The notes below the pieces were generated by a model, which worked only from the letters and a program-made list of their open reading frames with translations, was not told the origin of the DNA and ran no database searches. The position numbers and the translations under genes were made by a program. A stretch of 64,000 nt of DNA from an uncultured Gammaproteobacteria bacterium (lineage in GTDB: Bacteria > Pseudomonadota > Gammaproteobacteria > UBA9214): assembly GCA_963748215.1 (NCBI GenBank), contig CAVVHS010000009.1, positions 32,001 through 96,000 on the forward strand, given 5' to 3'. Of the stretch, positions 1-9,243 are shown piece after piece (position 1 is the first letter of the stretch; each line of letters opens with the position of its first letter).

Positions 1-84
1 GCGCTGGCCAGGCGCAAACTCGAAATCATGAAGGAAGACGCGGCGCTTAAAGAGCATCTCTACGACGTGTTCGCCGACGAGTAG
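1..84 (+). CDS. 3' end of a small hypothetical protein (partial)
   Basis: Frame 1 is open from the window start (ALARRKLEIMKEDAALKEHLYDVFADE) to TAG at 82-84. Confidence 0.6.
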   Translation, partial: ALARRKLEIMKEDAALKEHLYDVFADE

Positions 85-193
85 GCGGCAGCGGCGCTCA
101 GCATCAATCCGGCTGGCATCGCGCCGGCCGGCCCTTTGAATACATCATACACCGGCAGGTTCGCCTGCGACCCGGCCGGGTTAGAATCGGCAC

Positions 194-580
194 ATGGCCG
201 CCGGAAAACTCACCCTTGCCTGTGATGGCATGATCGGGACAATTCTCTGCACCGCGATACGCGAGTATGCGCATGCCGCCTATCCGCCTGGCGGTTCCGA
301 CTGCGCACAGGTCGCGCGCTATACCTTGCTGGAACTGGCGAATCAGATCGAGGCGGGTAGCATCGGTGCGGGCGGGGTTGTCGAGATCAGCCGGCGCCCG
401 CGCGCCATGATCCGGGCGGCCGTGCAATACCATTTCGATCGCGCCGACGCGGAACACGATGCCGTATCCATGCACCAGCGCGTCCTGTTCGATGAATTAT
501 TGCGCGAAATCCCGGTGAACCGGGCGCGGCTGGAAGCGGCACAGGCCGCCGATCGTGCGTCGCGGCCGGTGGCTACTTGA
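194..580 (+). CDS. hypothetical protein
   Basis: 128-aa ATG ORF with a protein-like helical composition. Confidence 0.65.
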   Translation: MAAGKLTLACDGMIGTILCTAIREYAHAAYPPGGSDCAQVARYTLLELANQIEAGSIGAGGVVEISRRPRAMIRAAVQYHFDRADAEHDAVSMHQRVLFDELLREIPVNRARLEAAQAADRASRPVAT

Positions 581-854
581 TCCACTCCTGCAGTGCGGCA
601 ATGATCTTCTCGGCCTGGTCCTTGCTGGAGATGTTGAATTTCGATTTCTGCTGGTATTCGCCGCCGCGTTTCTGGTAGCGGCGAATCGAGTATTTGTCGG
701 GGCCGTAGGTCTGCTTCGCGCGGTCCCAGTCCTGGTAGCGGAAGATCACCGTGGACCACGCGCCCTTGGTCAGGATCTGCTTGTCCAGCTCCTTGATGGT
801 TTCGATGCCGTCTTCTTCGTACTTGATGGTCAATTCATCTACTGTGGATGCCAT
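573..854 (-). CDS. conserved hypothetical protein
   Basis: 93-aa ORF with typical codon usage and GGAG upstream. Confidence 0.75.
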   Translation of the reverse strand: MASTVDELTIKYEEDGIETIKELDKQILTKGAWSTVIFRYQDWDRAKQTYGPDKYSIRRYQKRGGEYQQKSKFNISSKDQAEKIIAALQEWIK

Positions 855-1069
855 GGTCGCTCCGCTGTGCTGTGTTGCCCGAATGTCCGTTGCCGGTGCA
901 GTGGCCGGTCATCATACGGATTTCTGTCCGGACCGAAAGGCCTGTTAACAAGCGGCTGATTTTTCAGGGTATCATGCAAAGGCAGGCGCCTGTTGCTGCG
1001 TGGATCCGCCCACCGGGTGGTGCCATGGTCGACACGCGCTATGCTTGGCCTGTCAGGTGATTGATCGTT

Positions 1070-2002
1070 ATGTCCAGTCCTCAGGAACAGTTGCACGGTG
1101 CACGGCGCAATGACAAGCCGTTGCCACCGGCCCTGCGTGCGATGCGGTTTCTGTTCGGGCCGATGGGTGCACTGCTGCCCCGGCTGATGGGGCGCTGGGC
1201 CTACACGCTCTGGTTCAGTACCCGCCGTTTTCCGGAATCGGCCGCCGGCAGGCAGGTCACCCTCAATGCCATGCGTGAGACGCTACCCGTCGGAGACATA
1301 CCGGTGGCAGTGTATCGCTGGGGCGCGGGGCCGGTGGTGCTGTTCATCCACGGCTGGTCGGGGCGCGGCAGCCAGGTTGCCGCGTTTGTCGAGCCCTTGC
1401 TGAATGCCGGTTTCCAGGTCATTACCCTGGACGCACCGGGTCACGGTGATACGCCCGGCAAGCAAACCAATATCCTGGAATGTGCCGGCGTACTGCTCGC
1501 GCTGCAACAGCGCTATGGCCCGCTGCATGCGGCTATCACACATTCGTTTGGTGGCATGGTGCTCGCCTATGCCATGAATCACGGCCTGTCGGTGCGGCGG
1601 GTGGTCTGCATCAGCGCCCCCGCGGATGTCGAGTACCTGGTCGAGAGTTTCGCCAGTACGCTGAATATGCACCCGGCCGTGGTCCGGGACCTGCGGCGGC
1701 GGCTCGAGGCGCGTTTCCAGGATGATTTCTGGGAGCGTATTGCCACGGAGAGCAATGCCCGCCGGCTCTCGGCGCCCGCCCTGATCGTACATGACGAACT
1801 CGATACCAGCGTGCCCTGGCAGCAGGGTGAGCGCATCGCCGTGGCCTGGCCGGGTGCGCAGTTCCTGAAAACCCGCGGGCTGGGGCATGGACGTATACTG
1901 CGTGACCGGGAGACGGTCGGGGCGGTAGTGGATTTTATTGCAGACCGGGCCATTCCTGCCCCTCAAGCAGCCCCTGCTGCCGGGGGCAGCAATAGATCGT
2001 AG
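1070..2002 (+). CDS. alpha/beta hydrolase
   Basis: HGWSG, HSFGG nucleophile elbow, HDELD and GLGH motifs. Confidence 0.9.
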   Translation: MSSPQEQLHGARRNDKPLPPALRAMRFLFGPMGALLPRLMGRWAYTLWFSTRRFPESAAGRQVTLNAMRETLPVGDIPVAVYRWGAGPVVLFIHGWSGRGSQVAAFVEPLLNAGFQVITLDAPGHGDTPGKQTNILECAGVLLALQQRYGPLHAAITHSFGGMVLAYAMNHGLSVRRVVCISAPADVEYLVESFASTLNMHPAVVRDLRRRLEARFQDDFWERIATESNARRLSAPALIVHDELDTSVPWQQGERIAVAWPGAQFLKTRGLGHGRILRDRETVGAVVDFIADRAIPAPQAAPAAGGSNRS

Positions 2003-2019
2003 GGTGCGTTTCACGCACC
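1999..2019 (+). repeat. single GTAG-family REP
   Basis: GTAGGGTGCGTTTCACGCACC, which supplies the TAG stop of the hydrolase. Confidence 0.85.
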
Positions 2020-2084
2020 GGGAAGAGGTAGGCAGCGCGAGCTGCCGCAATGTGTTTGTCTGTTTCGCCTGGATGGTATTTGAT

Positions 2085-2564
2085 ATGAAACTCTATCTCG
2101 CGCAACACGGCCTGGCGCTCAGCAAGGAAGAGGACCCGCAACGTCCGTTGAGCGAAGCCGGCCGGCAAGAGGTCGAGTGCCTGGCACGCATGCTGGGTGC
2201 GGCGGGTGTGCGGGTGCAGCGGGTCTGGCACAGCGGCAAGCCGCGCGCGTTGCAGACCGCGCAGTGCCTGGCGCGGCGGGTAATGCCGCGCGGCGAGGTC
2301 GAGCAGCTTGCCGGGCTCGGCCCGAATGACCCGGTGGCCGAATTCATCGCGGATGCCGATGTCTGGCAGGAAGACACGCTGGTGGTCGGGCACCTGCCGT
2401 TCATGGCGCGGCTGGTGTCGTTACTGTTGCTGCATGATGCGCAGGCCGAGCTGGTCGTCTTCCGGCCGGGTTCCGTGCTGTGCCTGGAGCGCATCGATCA
2501 CGACCGCTGGGTGCTGGCCTGGATGCTGCGACCGGAGCTTTGCAGCAAGGGAAGTACGGCATGA
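2085..2564 (+). CDS. sixA: phosphohistidine phosphatase SixA
   Basis: MKLYLAQHG, RPLS, SGKPRALQTA and VGHLP motifs. Confidence 0.85.
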   Translation: MKLYLAQHGLALSKEEDPQRPLSEAGRQEVECLARMLGAAGVRVQRVWHSGKPRALQTAQCLARRVMPRGEVEQLAGLGPNDPVAEFIADADVWQEDTLVVGHLPFMARLVSLLLLHDAQAELVVFRPGSVLCLERIDHDRWVLAWMLRPELCSKGSTA

Positions 2565-2806
2565 GCCTGCGCGGTATCGTACCACCGGACCCCGAGACCG
2601 GCGTTTCGCAGGAGCGCTATGCCGTGATCTTCACGCCGCGCCAGAGCCGCAAGCGCTTCCCGGCCGGTTGCGTGGAAATCTTTGCCAGTATGGAAGCCGC
2701 GCTGGCGGCGGCCGATCCGGATAACAAACGGCATGCCGCGCGCGTGGTAGGTCCTTCGAAATCCTCTGAAGGGCAGTTTATCTACTATCTGCTGGAGTGG
2801 CTGTAG
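2561..2806 (+). CDS. hypothetical protein
   Basis: ATGA overlap with the sixA stop; 81 aa. Confidence 0.7.
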   Translation: MSLRGIVPPDPETGVSQERYAVIFTPRQSRKRFPAGCVEIFASMEAALAAADPDNKRHAARVVGPSKSSEGQFIYYLLEWL

Positions 2807-3323
2807 CCGCCGGTTGCAGCTGTCGCAGGAAATCGAGGTAGGCGGGCTGGTCCCAGCTGCGTCCGCCGAGCGCCTGGTACTGAATCCTGCCCTGCGGGTC
2901 CACCAGGTAGGTCGCGGGCAGGCCGCGTGGTTGCCAGGCTTCCGTTGCCAGTCCGTCGCTGTCCAGCAGCGGCACCAGGTCGGGCGCAACCGCCGCCAGG
3001 AAAGTAAACACCTCGTCCCCGGTCTCGGCCGTGTTGACCAGGACGATCTCCAGGCCGGTTTCGCCAAGCAGCGGCAGCATCTTCTGGATGCTCGGCATTT
3101 CGCGGCGGCAGGGGCCGCACCAGCTGGCCCAGAAATGCACGAAGCGCCAGTGGCCGCGGGTGTCGGCGATGTCATACGGCTCGCCGTCGAGATTGTTCAG
3201 CTGCAGCGCCGGTGCCGGGGTACCGTCAACGCGCATGACGCCTGGGGGGAGATCTGCGGCGAGTGTTGCCTGCGGCATTGCCAGCAAGCACAGGGTGCAG
3301 GCGATGCGTGCAAAGGTATTCAC
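2778..3323 (-). CDS. TlpA-family thiol-disulfide oxidoreductase
   Basis: Signal peptide, FWASWCGPC and GLPATY motifs. Confidence 0.9.
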   Translation of the reverse strand: MNTFARIACTLCLLAMPQATLAADLPPGVMRVDGTPAPALQLNNLDGEPYDIADTRGHWRFVHFWASWCGPCRREMPSIQKMLPLLGETGLEIVLVNTAETGDEVFTFLAAVAPDLVPLLDSDGLATEAWQPRGLPATYLVDPQGRIQYQALGGRSWDQPAYLDFLRQLQPAATATPADSR

Positions 3324-3907
3324 GGATTGTCTGCTCCCTTGCTGCAGCGGATGCTGCCGAAGCCGATGCTGATCGGTTCACCCTGCCGCTCGGCGCCGGT
3401 CGGGAACTTTGTCTCGATGGTCAGTGTGTTCGTGTCACCGGGAAACACCAGGTTGCCGCCGACCGGTTCGTCCGGCTGGAGGTCACGCACCGGTGGCAAC
3501 TGGGTCCAGCCAAAGGTGGAGCGGCTCGCCTGGCGCAGGTCTATTTCATTCCACTGTGCACGCCAGTAGCTGTCATCCAGGCGTGTCAGTGGTTTGCCGT
3601 CGCCGGTGAAACGCCACTGGTCGATGTCCAGCCAGATGACGTCCTTGCTCTTGTTCTTGATATGCACGGTCACGAAACAGGTCTGACGGATGCGATCGAT
3701 GGCCGCGTGCGGAAAACCGCGCGCCTCGTAGAAGGCCGCCATCTGTTCGGGAGAGCGCGGTACCAGCACGACCAGCAGCTCATCGTTCTCGATGTACGGT
3801 CCCTGGAAGGCCCGCTCGACCGTCGCAGCGGATGTCCACGGCAGGGTGCCGGGCAGCAGGGTGGCCAGCGAGGACATCAGGACTACATGTCGCAGGGAAG
3901 TTCGCAT
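3320..3907 (-). CDS. exported hypothetical protein
   Basis: Signal-like N-terminus; overlaps the start of the TlpA gene. Confidence 0.65.
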   Translation of the reverse strand: MRTSLRHVVLMSSLATLLPGTLPWTSAATVERAFQGPYIENDELLVVLVPRSPEQMAAFYEARGFPHAAIDRIRQTCFVTVHIKNKSKDVIWLDIDQWRFTGDGKPLTRLDDSYWRAQWNEIDLRQASRSTFGWTQLPPVRDLQPDEPVGGNLVFPGDTNTLTIETKFPTGAERQGEPISIGFGSIRCSKGADNP

Positions 3908-3978
3908 AGTATTGCAGTATGACCACTGCCGTTGCAGTGCGTTCCGAGTTTGCACAGTTTGCCTGGCAGAGACAAGAC

Positions 3979-4986
3979 ATGCGCAGCCTTATCCTTTGTT
4001 TGCTGTTGACCGTATGGCTGCAGCCCATTCCGCTGCTGGCACAGCCCGGTGCAGTGCGTCCCGTGCATACCTATTCCATCGTGGCGCGCGACCCCGACAC
4101 CGGCGAACTCGGCGTGGCGGTGCAGTCACACTGGTTTTCGGTCGGCACGCTGGTGCCCTGGGCCCGGGCCGGTGTCGGTGCCGTGGCCACGCAGTCCTTT
4201 ATCGACGTGCGCTATGGCATGGAAGGTCTCGACCTGATGGGGAAGGGCAAATCTGCACAACAGGCACTGGACGCCTTGCTGCGTGCCGACCCGACCCCGG
4301 AGGTGCGCCAGGTCGGGATGATCGATGCGCAGGGACGGATCGCCCAGCATACCGGCCGCCAGTGTATCCGGTATGCCGGGCACCTGGCCGGCGATAACTT
4401 CGCGGTGCAGGCCAATCTCATGGCCAGTCCCGGTGTACCCGAGGCCATGGCCGAAGCGTTCCGCGCGGCACACGGTAGTCTCGCGGAGCGCATGCTGGCG
4501 GCGCTGGAAGCGGCACAGGCGAGTGGTGGTGACCTGCGCGGCAAACAATCGGCTGCGCTGCTGGTGGTGCGTGCGCAGGCATCGGAACACCCGTGGCAAG
4601 ATACGCTGGTGGACCTGCATGTCGAGGATCACACCGCGCCGCTGCGCGAGTTGCGACGCCTGTTGACGCTGGACAGCGCCTACGATCACATGAACGAGGG
4701 CGACCATGCGCTGGAACGTAATGACATCGAAGCTGCCCTGGCGCATTATGGCTCGGCAGAAGCGCTGGTGCCCGGCAATGTCGAGATGAGGTTCTGGCAC
4801 GCCATCTCGCTGGTGAATGCGCGGCGGGTCGATGCCGCGCTGCCCGTGTTTGCCGAGGTATTCCGGGTCGACGCCGGCTGGCGTGACCTGGTGCCGCGCC
4901 TGGTCGAGGCGCAACTGCTGGTAGCGGATGCGGCAACGCTGGCACGTATCGAGCGTATGGGTTTGCAAGAGGAGGTGGAGCAATGA
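3979..4986 (+). CDS. DUF1028 (Ntn-hydrolase-like) protein with TPR-like C-terminus
   Basis: HTYSIVARDP..GELGVAVQS, GAVATQS and GGDLRGKQSAA motifs. Confidence 0.85.
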   Translation: MRSLILCLLLTVWLQPIPLLAQPGAVRPVHTYSIVARDPDTGELGVAVQSHWFSVGTLVPWARAGVGAVATQSFIDVRYGMEGLDLMGKGKSAQQALDALLRADPTPEVRQVGMIDAQGRIAQHTGRQCIRYAGHLAGDNFAVQANLMASPGVPEAMAEAFRAAHGSLAERMLAALEAAQASGGDLRGKQSAALLVVRAQASEHPWQDTLVDLHVEDHTAPLRELRRLLTLDSAYDHMNEGDHALERNDIEAALAHYGSAEALVPGNVEMRFWHAISLVNARRVDAALPVFAEVFRVDAGWRDLVPRLVEAQLLVADAATLARIERMGLQEEVEQ

Positions 4987-5483
4987 AAGCGATGCTGAAT
5001 AAATGTCTGGTCATGATGCCGGCCCTGCTGATCGCCGCAGGCGCCTGTGCGGAGGACGTGGTGCCGTCGCGGCTGCTGGGCCTGGACCTGGCGCGCGATA
5101 TCGCGCAGGGTGCGATCGACGCCTGCCGCAAGGACGGTTACCAGGTGTCGGCCGTGGTGACCGACCGCAGCGGCGATGACGTGGTCGTGATGCGCGACGT
5201 GTTCACCAGCAAGTACATGATGCAGCTGGCGCGCAACAAGGCCAATGCCGTGGTGATGTCGGGTCTGGCCTCCGGCGAGGTGCGCGAGAACATGGCGCGT
5301 ATCCGCGACGAACTCAACGAGCTTGACGGCGTGCTGCTCATCGAGGGCGGGTTGCCGATCAGCGTGGCCGGCTCGATGATCGGTGCCGTGGGTGTGAGCG
5401 GTGCGCCCGGCGGCGACAAGGATGCCGCCTGTGCCCGGCGCGGCCTTGAAGCCGTGCAGGAGCGGCTCGACTTCGCGGACTGA
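4983..5483 (+). CDS. GlcG/HbpS-family heme-binding protein
   Basis: VSAVVTDRSG and GGLPI...GAVGVSGAPGGDKDAACA motifs; signal peptide. Confidence 0.85.
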   Translation: MKAMLNKCLVMMPALLIAAGACAEDVVPSRLLGLDLARDIAQGAIDACRKDGYQVSAVVTDRSGDDVVVMRDVFTSKYMMQLARNKANAVVMSGLASGEVRENMARIRDELNELDGVLLIEGGLPISVAGSMIGAVGVSGAPGGDKDAACARRGLEAVQERLDFAD

Positions 5484-5605
5484 GCCGGTGTTGTGCCTGC
5501 GTGCCATGTCCTGCGGCGGGCGGCTGCGGCTCAAGTTCGTGAACCCCGGGACGATTGATCTGCTATAAGCCGGCACGGGGGGTGCCGGAATACAGGGGGA
5601 CGATC

Positions 5606-5821
5606 ATGAGCAGACATAACGCGGTGCCTTGCGACTGCTGTCAAAAGGCCTTTCACCGACACGCAACACTGGCTTATCTTTACTGCGGCCATAACCGGGT
5701 CATTGTATTCCGTGAGCCGGCCGGTCCGGCCAGGTTCGTACCGGTGCAGTCGACCGATGAGGCAATCCGGATCATTCAGCTGCGTGACTCCCCGGGGGTG
5801 CCTGTCGCAAGGACTGCCTGA
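5606..5821 (+). CDS. small Cys/His-rich hypothetical protein
   Basis: AGGGGGA RBS; CDCC...YCGH pattern. Confidence 0.45.
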   Translation: MSRHNAVPCDCCQKAFHRHATLAYLYCGHNRVIVFREPAGPARFVPVQSTDEAIRIIQLRDSPGVPVARTA

Positions 5822-6039
5822 GAGACAAAATCCATGCAGTGTCACAAACGACGGCCATGCGGCCGTCGTTTGCGTTCAGGGGTGTTATCAGGTGTGCCGG
5901 TGTGCTGTGCCTGCGCTGGTGTCCTGTCGGGAGTCGCTGACGGATGACTGTGCGCCGGTATTTGTCCGGCCAGCACGCGGGTGGCTGGATGAAGCATACG
6001 GCGGTGTGTACACTGGCTCTTCCCTGACCAGGAGTGAGT

Positions 6040-6417
6040 ATGGGCGAGCATAATCAGGTGGCCGGGCTGCGCCGTATCTGGAATGCCGGTCTTTATTCTG
6101 CCGCCGGCCTGCGGGCAGCCTGGCGACACGAGGCCGCCTTCCGCCAGGAATTGCTGTTGTGCGTGTTGCTGGTGCCGGCTGCGTTCTGGGTCGGCGGCAA
6201 TGCAACGCAGCGTGCGTTACTGCTCGGCAGCGTTGTGCTGGTCCTGGTCGTCGAGCTGCTCAATTCCGCGGTCGAGGCGACAGTCGATCGCATGGGCGAG
6301 GAGCGGCATCCGCTTGCGGGCCGCGCCAAGGATATGGGTTCTGCAGCGGTATTCATCAGTCTCTGGATGGTGGTGTTGTGCTGGGGGCTGATCATCCACG
6401 AACGCTTCTTCAGCTGA
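6040..6417 (+). CDS. dgkA: diacylglycerol kinase
   Basis: HEAAFRQE, VELLNSAVEATVDR and AKDMGSAAV motifs. Confidence 0.92.
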   Translation: MGEHNQVAGLRRIWNAGLYSAAGLRAAWRHEAAFRQELLLCVLLVPAAFWVGGNATQRALLLGSVVLVLVVELLNSAVEATVDRMGEERHPLAGRAKDMGSAAVFISLWMVVLCWGLIIHERFFS

Positions 6418-6452
6418 CAGCAATAGTCGACGGCCGCCCGCCGTGTCGCCGG

Positions 6453-7487
6453 TCAGTCGATGACCAGTACCAGCTTGCCCGTGGTCTGCCCGGATTCCAG
6501 GGCGCGATGCGCCGCGGCGACGGCGTCGAACGGATATTGAGTCACCGCGGGCAGCCGCAGTTTTCCCATGGCCTGCCATTCCAGGATCTGTTGCACGCCG
6601 CGTTGCAGGGTCGTGCCGTGGTCGAACAGGTAGCTCAGGTTGAAACCGAGTACGCTGCGGTTGTGCGTGGTGAGGTCGAACGGGCTGAAGCGCGGCGTGC
6701 GCAACCAGTCCCAGGCCAGGCGCAGGCGCTTCGGAATTCCCCGCCGTGTCTGCAGCATGCTGTGAAAGCCGTACACCACCAGCTTCCCGGTGGGCGCCAG
6801 GTGGCGGTAGCTGGCGCCGAGGGTGGTTACCCCGTTGGCATCCAGCACGACGTGATAGCCATCGGGCGCCAGGCGTTCCGCCTCGCGCCACAGGTTCTGC
6901 GTGGACTTGTCGATGACAGCGTCCGCGCCAAGCGCGGTGACGGTATCCACCTTGTGCGCGGCCCCCACCACCCCGATTACCCGGCAGCCGGCGAGCTTGC
7001 CCATCTGCACCAGCATGCTGCCGACGCCGCCACCGGCTGAATGCACCAGCAGGGTATCGCCGGCGTGGGGATGGGCAAGTTCGAACAGCGCATACCAGGC
7101 AGTCAACGCGACGGTGGGCAGCGCGGCGGCCTCCGCAAAAACCAGCGTGGCGGGCATGGCAAAAACCTGGTGACGGGGGACGGCGAGTTGCGAGGCATAG
7201 CCGTTGAAACGGGTTACGGCTATGACCGGCGTACCGGGAGAAAGATCGGTGATCGACGTGCCGGCGGCGCGGACCGTGCCCGCGACCTCGAAGCCGGGCG
7301 TGACCGGATAGCCGACATAGTGCCGCGCCGAGGCATACAGACCCATGCGTGTCACGCAATCGGCATAGTTGACGCCGACGGCGCGTACGTCGATCAGGAC
7401 CTCGTCGTCCGCCGCCGTAAGATCCGGGTGCTGCTCGACCACCAGCCGGTCGTAGCCGCCGGGTTTGTGGATGACGATTTTTTTCAT
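6453..7487 (-). CDS. medium-chain dehydrogenase/reductase (VAT-1/quinone oxidoreductase-like)
   Basis: GVNYAD, TPGFEVAG, HSAGGGVG and GKLVL motifs. Confidence 0.88.
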   Translation of the reverse strand: MKKIVIHKPGGYDRLVVEQHPDLTAADDEVLIDVRAVGVNYADCVTRMGLYASARHYVGYPVTPGFEVAGTVRAAGTSITDLSPGTPVIAVTRFNGYASQLAVPRHQVFAMPATLVFAEAAALPTVALTAWYALFELAHPHAGDTLLVHSAGGGVGSMLVQMGKLAGCRVIGVVGAAHKVDTVTALGADAVIDKSTQNLWREAERLAPDGYHVVLDANGVTTLGASYRHLAPTGKLVVYGFHSMLQTRRGIPKRLRLAWDWLRTPRFSPFDLTTHNRSVLGFNLSYLFDHGTTLQRGVQQILEWQAMGKLRLPAVTQYPFDAVAAAHRALESGQTTGKLVLVID

Positions 7488-7563
7488 GCGCCGTGCGTGC
7501 CTTGCATTGCCACCAACCGCCCCGATACTAGCAGGAGTCAAACAGCTTTATCCGGGGCATGAC

Positions 7564-7748
7564 ATGAGCGCAGGAATTATTCTGATTCTCGCCGGTATCC
7601 TGCTGGTGCTGTTTCCGCCGCTGCTGGCGATTATCGTGGCCACGGTGTTGATCATGGCGGGTGCCTCACTGGTCGTCTTGCCTGGTACGAGCGCAAGCTG
7701 CAGCGGCACTACCGGAACCCGACTATCGAATTCTTCTTCAGGCACTGA
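7564..7748 (+). pseudogene. small membrane protein with an apparent 1-bp frameshift near 7677
   Basis: Hydrophobic MSAGIILILAG... frame continues as LAWYERKLQRHYRNPTIEFFFRH* in a shifted frame; possibly a sequencing indel. Confidence 0.5.
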
Positions 7749-7769
7749 TCCTGCCCTTGCGGGCAGGCA

Positions 7770-8399
7770 TCAGGGTGCCTGTTCAGGCTTGCCCCACAGC
7801 TCTTCCAGGTGCTGGTCGCGGCCGCAACCGTAACGGTAGAACTTGTAACGCAGCGGATTCTTCAGGTAGTAATCCTGGTGGTAGTCTTCCGCCGGGTAGA
7901 AGGTGCTGGCCGCGCTGATACCTGTCACGACCGGTTCCTTGAAGGGCTTCAGTTCCTCCAGCGCTGCCCTTGACTGTTCCGCCAGCTGCTTCTGCTCCGG
8001 GCTGTTATAGAAGATCTCGCTGCGGTACTGGTCGCCCCAGTCGCAGAACTGTCCGTCGGACGTGGTCGGGTCGATGTTGTGCCAGAACACGTCCAGCAGT
8101 TGCGCGTAGCTGATCCGTTGCGGGTCATAGACAACCTGTGTCGCCTCGGCATGCCCGGTACCGCCCCGCGACACTTCCTTGTAGGTCGGGTTTTCCGTGT
8201 GGCCGCCGGTATAGCCCGCGGTCGTGGAGATGACACCGTCGAGTTTGTCGAACGGGAGCTCCATGCACCAGAAACAGCCGCCGGCAAAGACCGCCGTCGC
8301 CGTTTCACTATCCTGGGCGGCGGGGGCGGCGAAGGCGGTAACGGTCAGCACGGCCAGCGGTATCGACAGAAGCCAGCGGCGGAGCGGGAATGGTTTCAT
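7770..8399 (-). CDS. msrA: peptide-methionine (S)-S-oxide reductase (exported)
   Basis: FAGGCFWC, GHAE and AEDYHQDY motifs. Confidence 0.95.
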   Translation of the reverse strand: MKPFPLRRWLLSIPLAVLTVTAFAAPAAQDSETATAVFAGGCFWCMELPFDKLDGVISTTAGYTGGHTENPTYKEVSRGGTGHAEATQVVYDPQRISYAQLLDVFWHNIDPTTSDGQFCDWGDQYRSEIFYNSPEQKQLAEQSRAALEELKPFKEPVVTGISAASTFYPAEDYHQDYYLKNPLRYKFYRYGCGRDQHLEELWGKPEQAP

Positions 8400-8504
8400 G
8401 CGAGTGTCCCAGAAAGCGGTGATGGAGTACTGCTAATGGACAGCAGGCCGGTTTAATCGTTTCAATGAATAATATCCTGCGCTATTACAGCGAGTTGCTG
8501 GAAT

Positions 8505-8531
8505 TTAACGACCATGCATCGAAGCCGATAG
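8505..8531 (+). promoter_or_regulatory. candidate sigma-28 promoter
   Basis: TTAA-N15-GCCGATAG, 35 bp upstream of ATG 8567. Confidence 0.55.
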
Positions 8532-8566
8532 CTTAACTGAAGCTATGTAAAACGAGAGGTGCTGCG

Positions 8567-8812
8567 ATGGAAAGTCGTTACCCGAAGCCCGCTGATGTCG
8601 GGATCAGGATACCACCCGCGCTGCAGCAGGAGCGTTTCTGTGCGGGTTTCGAGCATGGCCTGAAGGGCGGTCAGCTGAACCGGATCGAATACATGAAACT
8701 GTCGTTCCGGGAAGGCTTTCGTGCCTCGAGGTTGTACCTGCGCGAGTTGCGCCGCTCACGGGGTATCCTGGAGTTTCCGGCCCGCTGGCGCATCCGCATG
8801 AGCGCTGCATAA
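8567..8812 (+). CDS. hypothetical protein
   Basis: GAGG RBS; 81 aa. Confidence 0.7.
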   Translation: MESRYPKPADVGIRIPPALQQERFCAGFEHGLKGGQLNRIEYMKLSFREGFRASRLYLRELRRSRGILEFPARWRIRMSAA

Positions 8813-9243
8813 CGACTGCGTGTGCCGCTGGCCACCCTGTGCCGGCGGTTGCCGGTGTTGTCGTTTGCGCATGCGGTGGGCGGGGACAGATAACCCCGCG
8901 TGGCATTTTCCTGGTGCGGAAAGCTTCCATTCGGCCCGGGCTGTCTGGCGAGCGAGCGGATCGACAAGGTCCCGCTGCCGCAGCCACGGCGACCACCGTC
9001 TGAAATGCTGCAGCGTGCAATCCTGTGCGGTTAACGGCATGGGACATACGAGCCGGCGGAACGCGACGCAGTGAATCGGGGTGGCACCAGGTTCGTTCCT
9101 GCCGTGCTGAATGAACTGTGTCATCATATCGCGCATGAACACCTGCAACCGGACGAGCCATTTTCACACGAAAGTTTTCTGCCGGCACGAGCCCGGCCTG
9201 TTGCGGCGCGGCATCCATGTCGCAGGGCAGCAGGGGTTGATGG

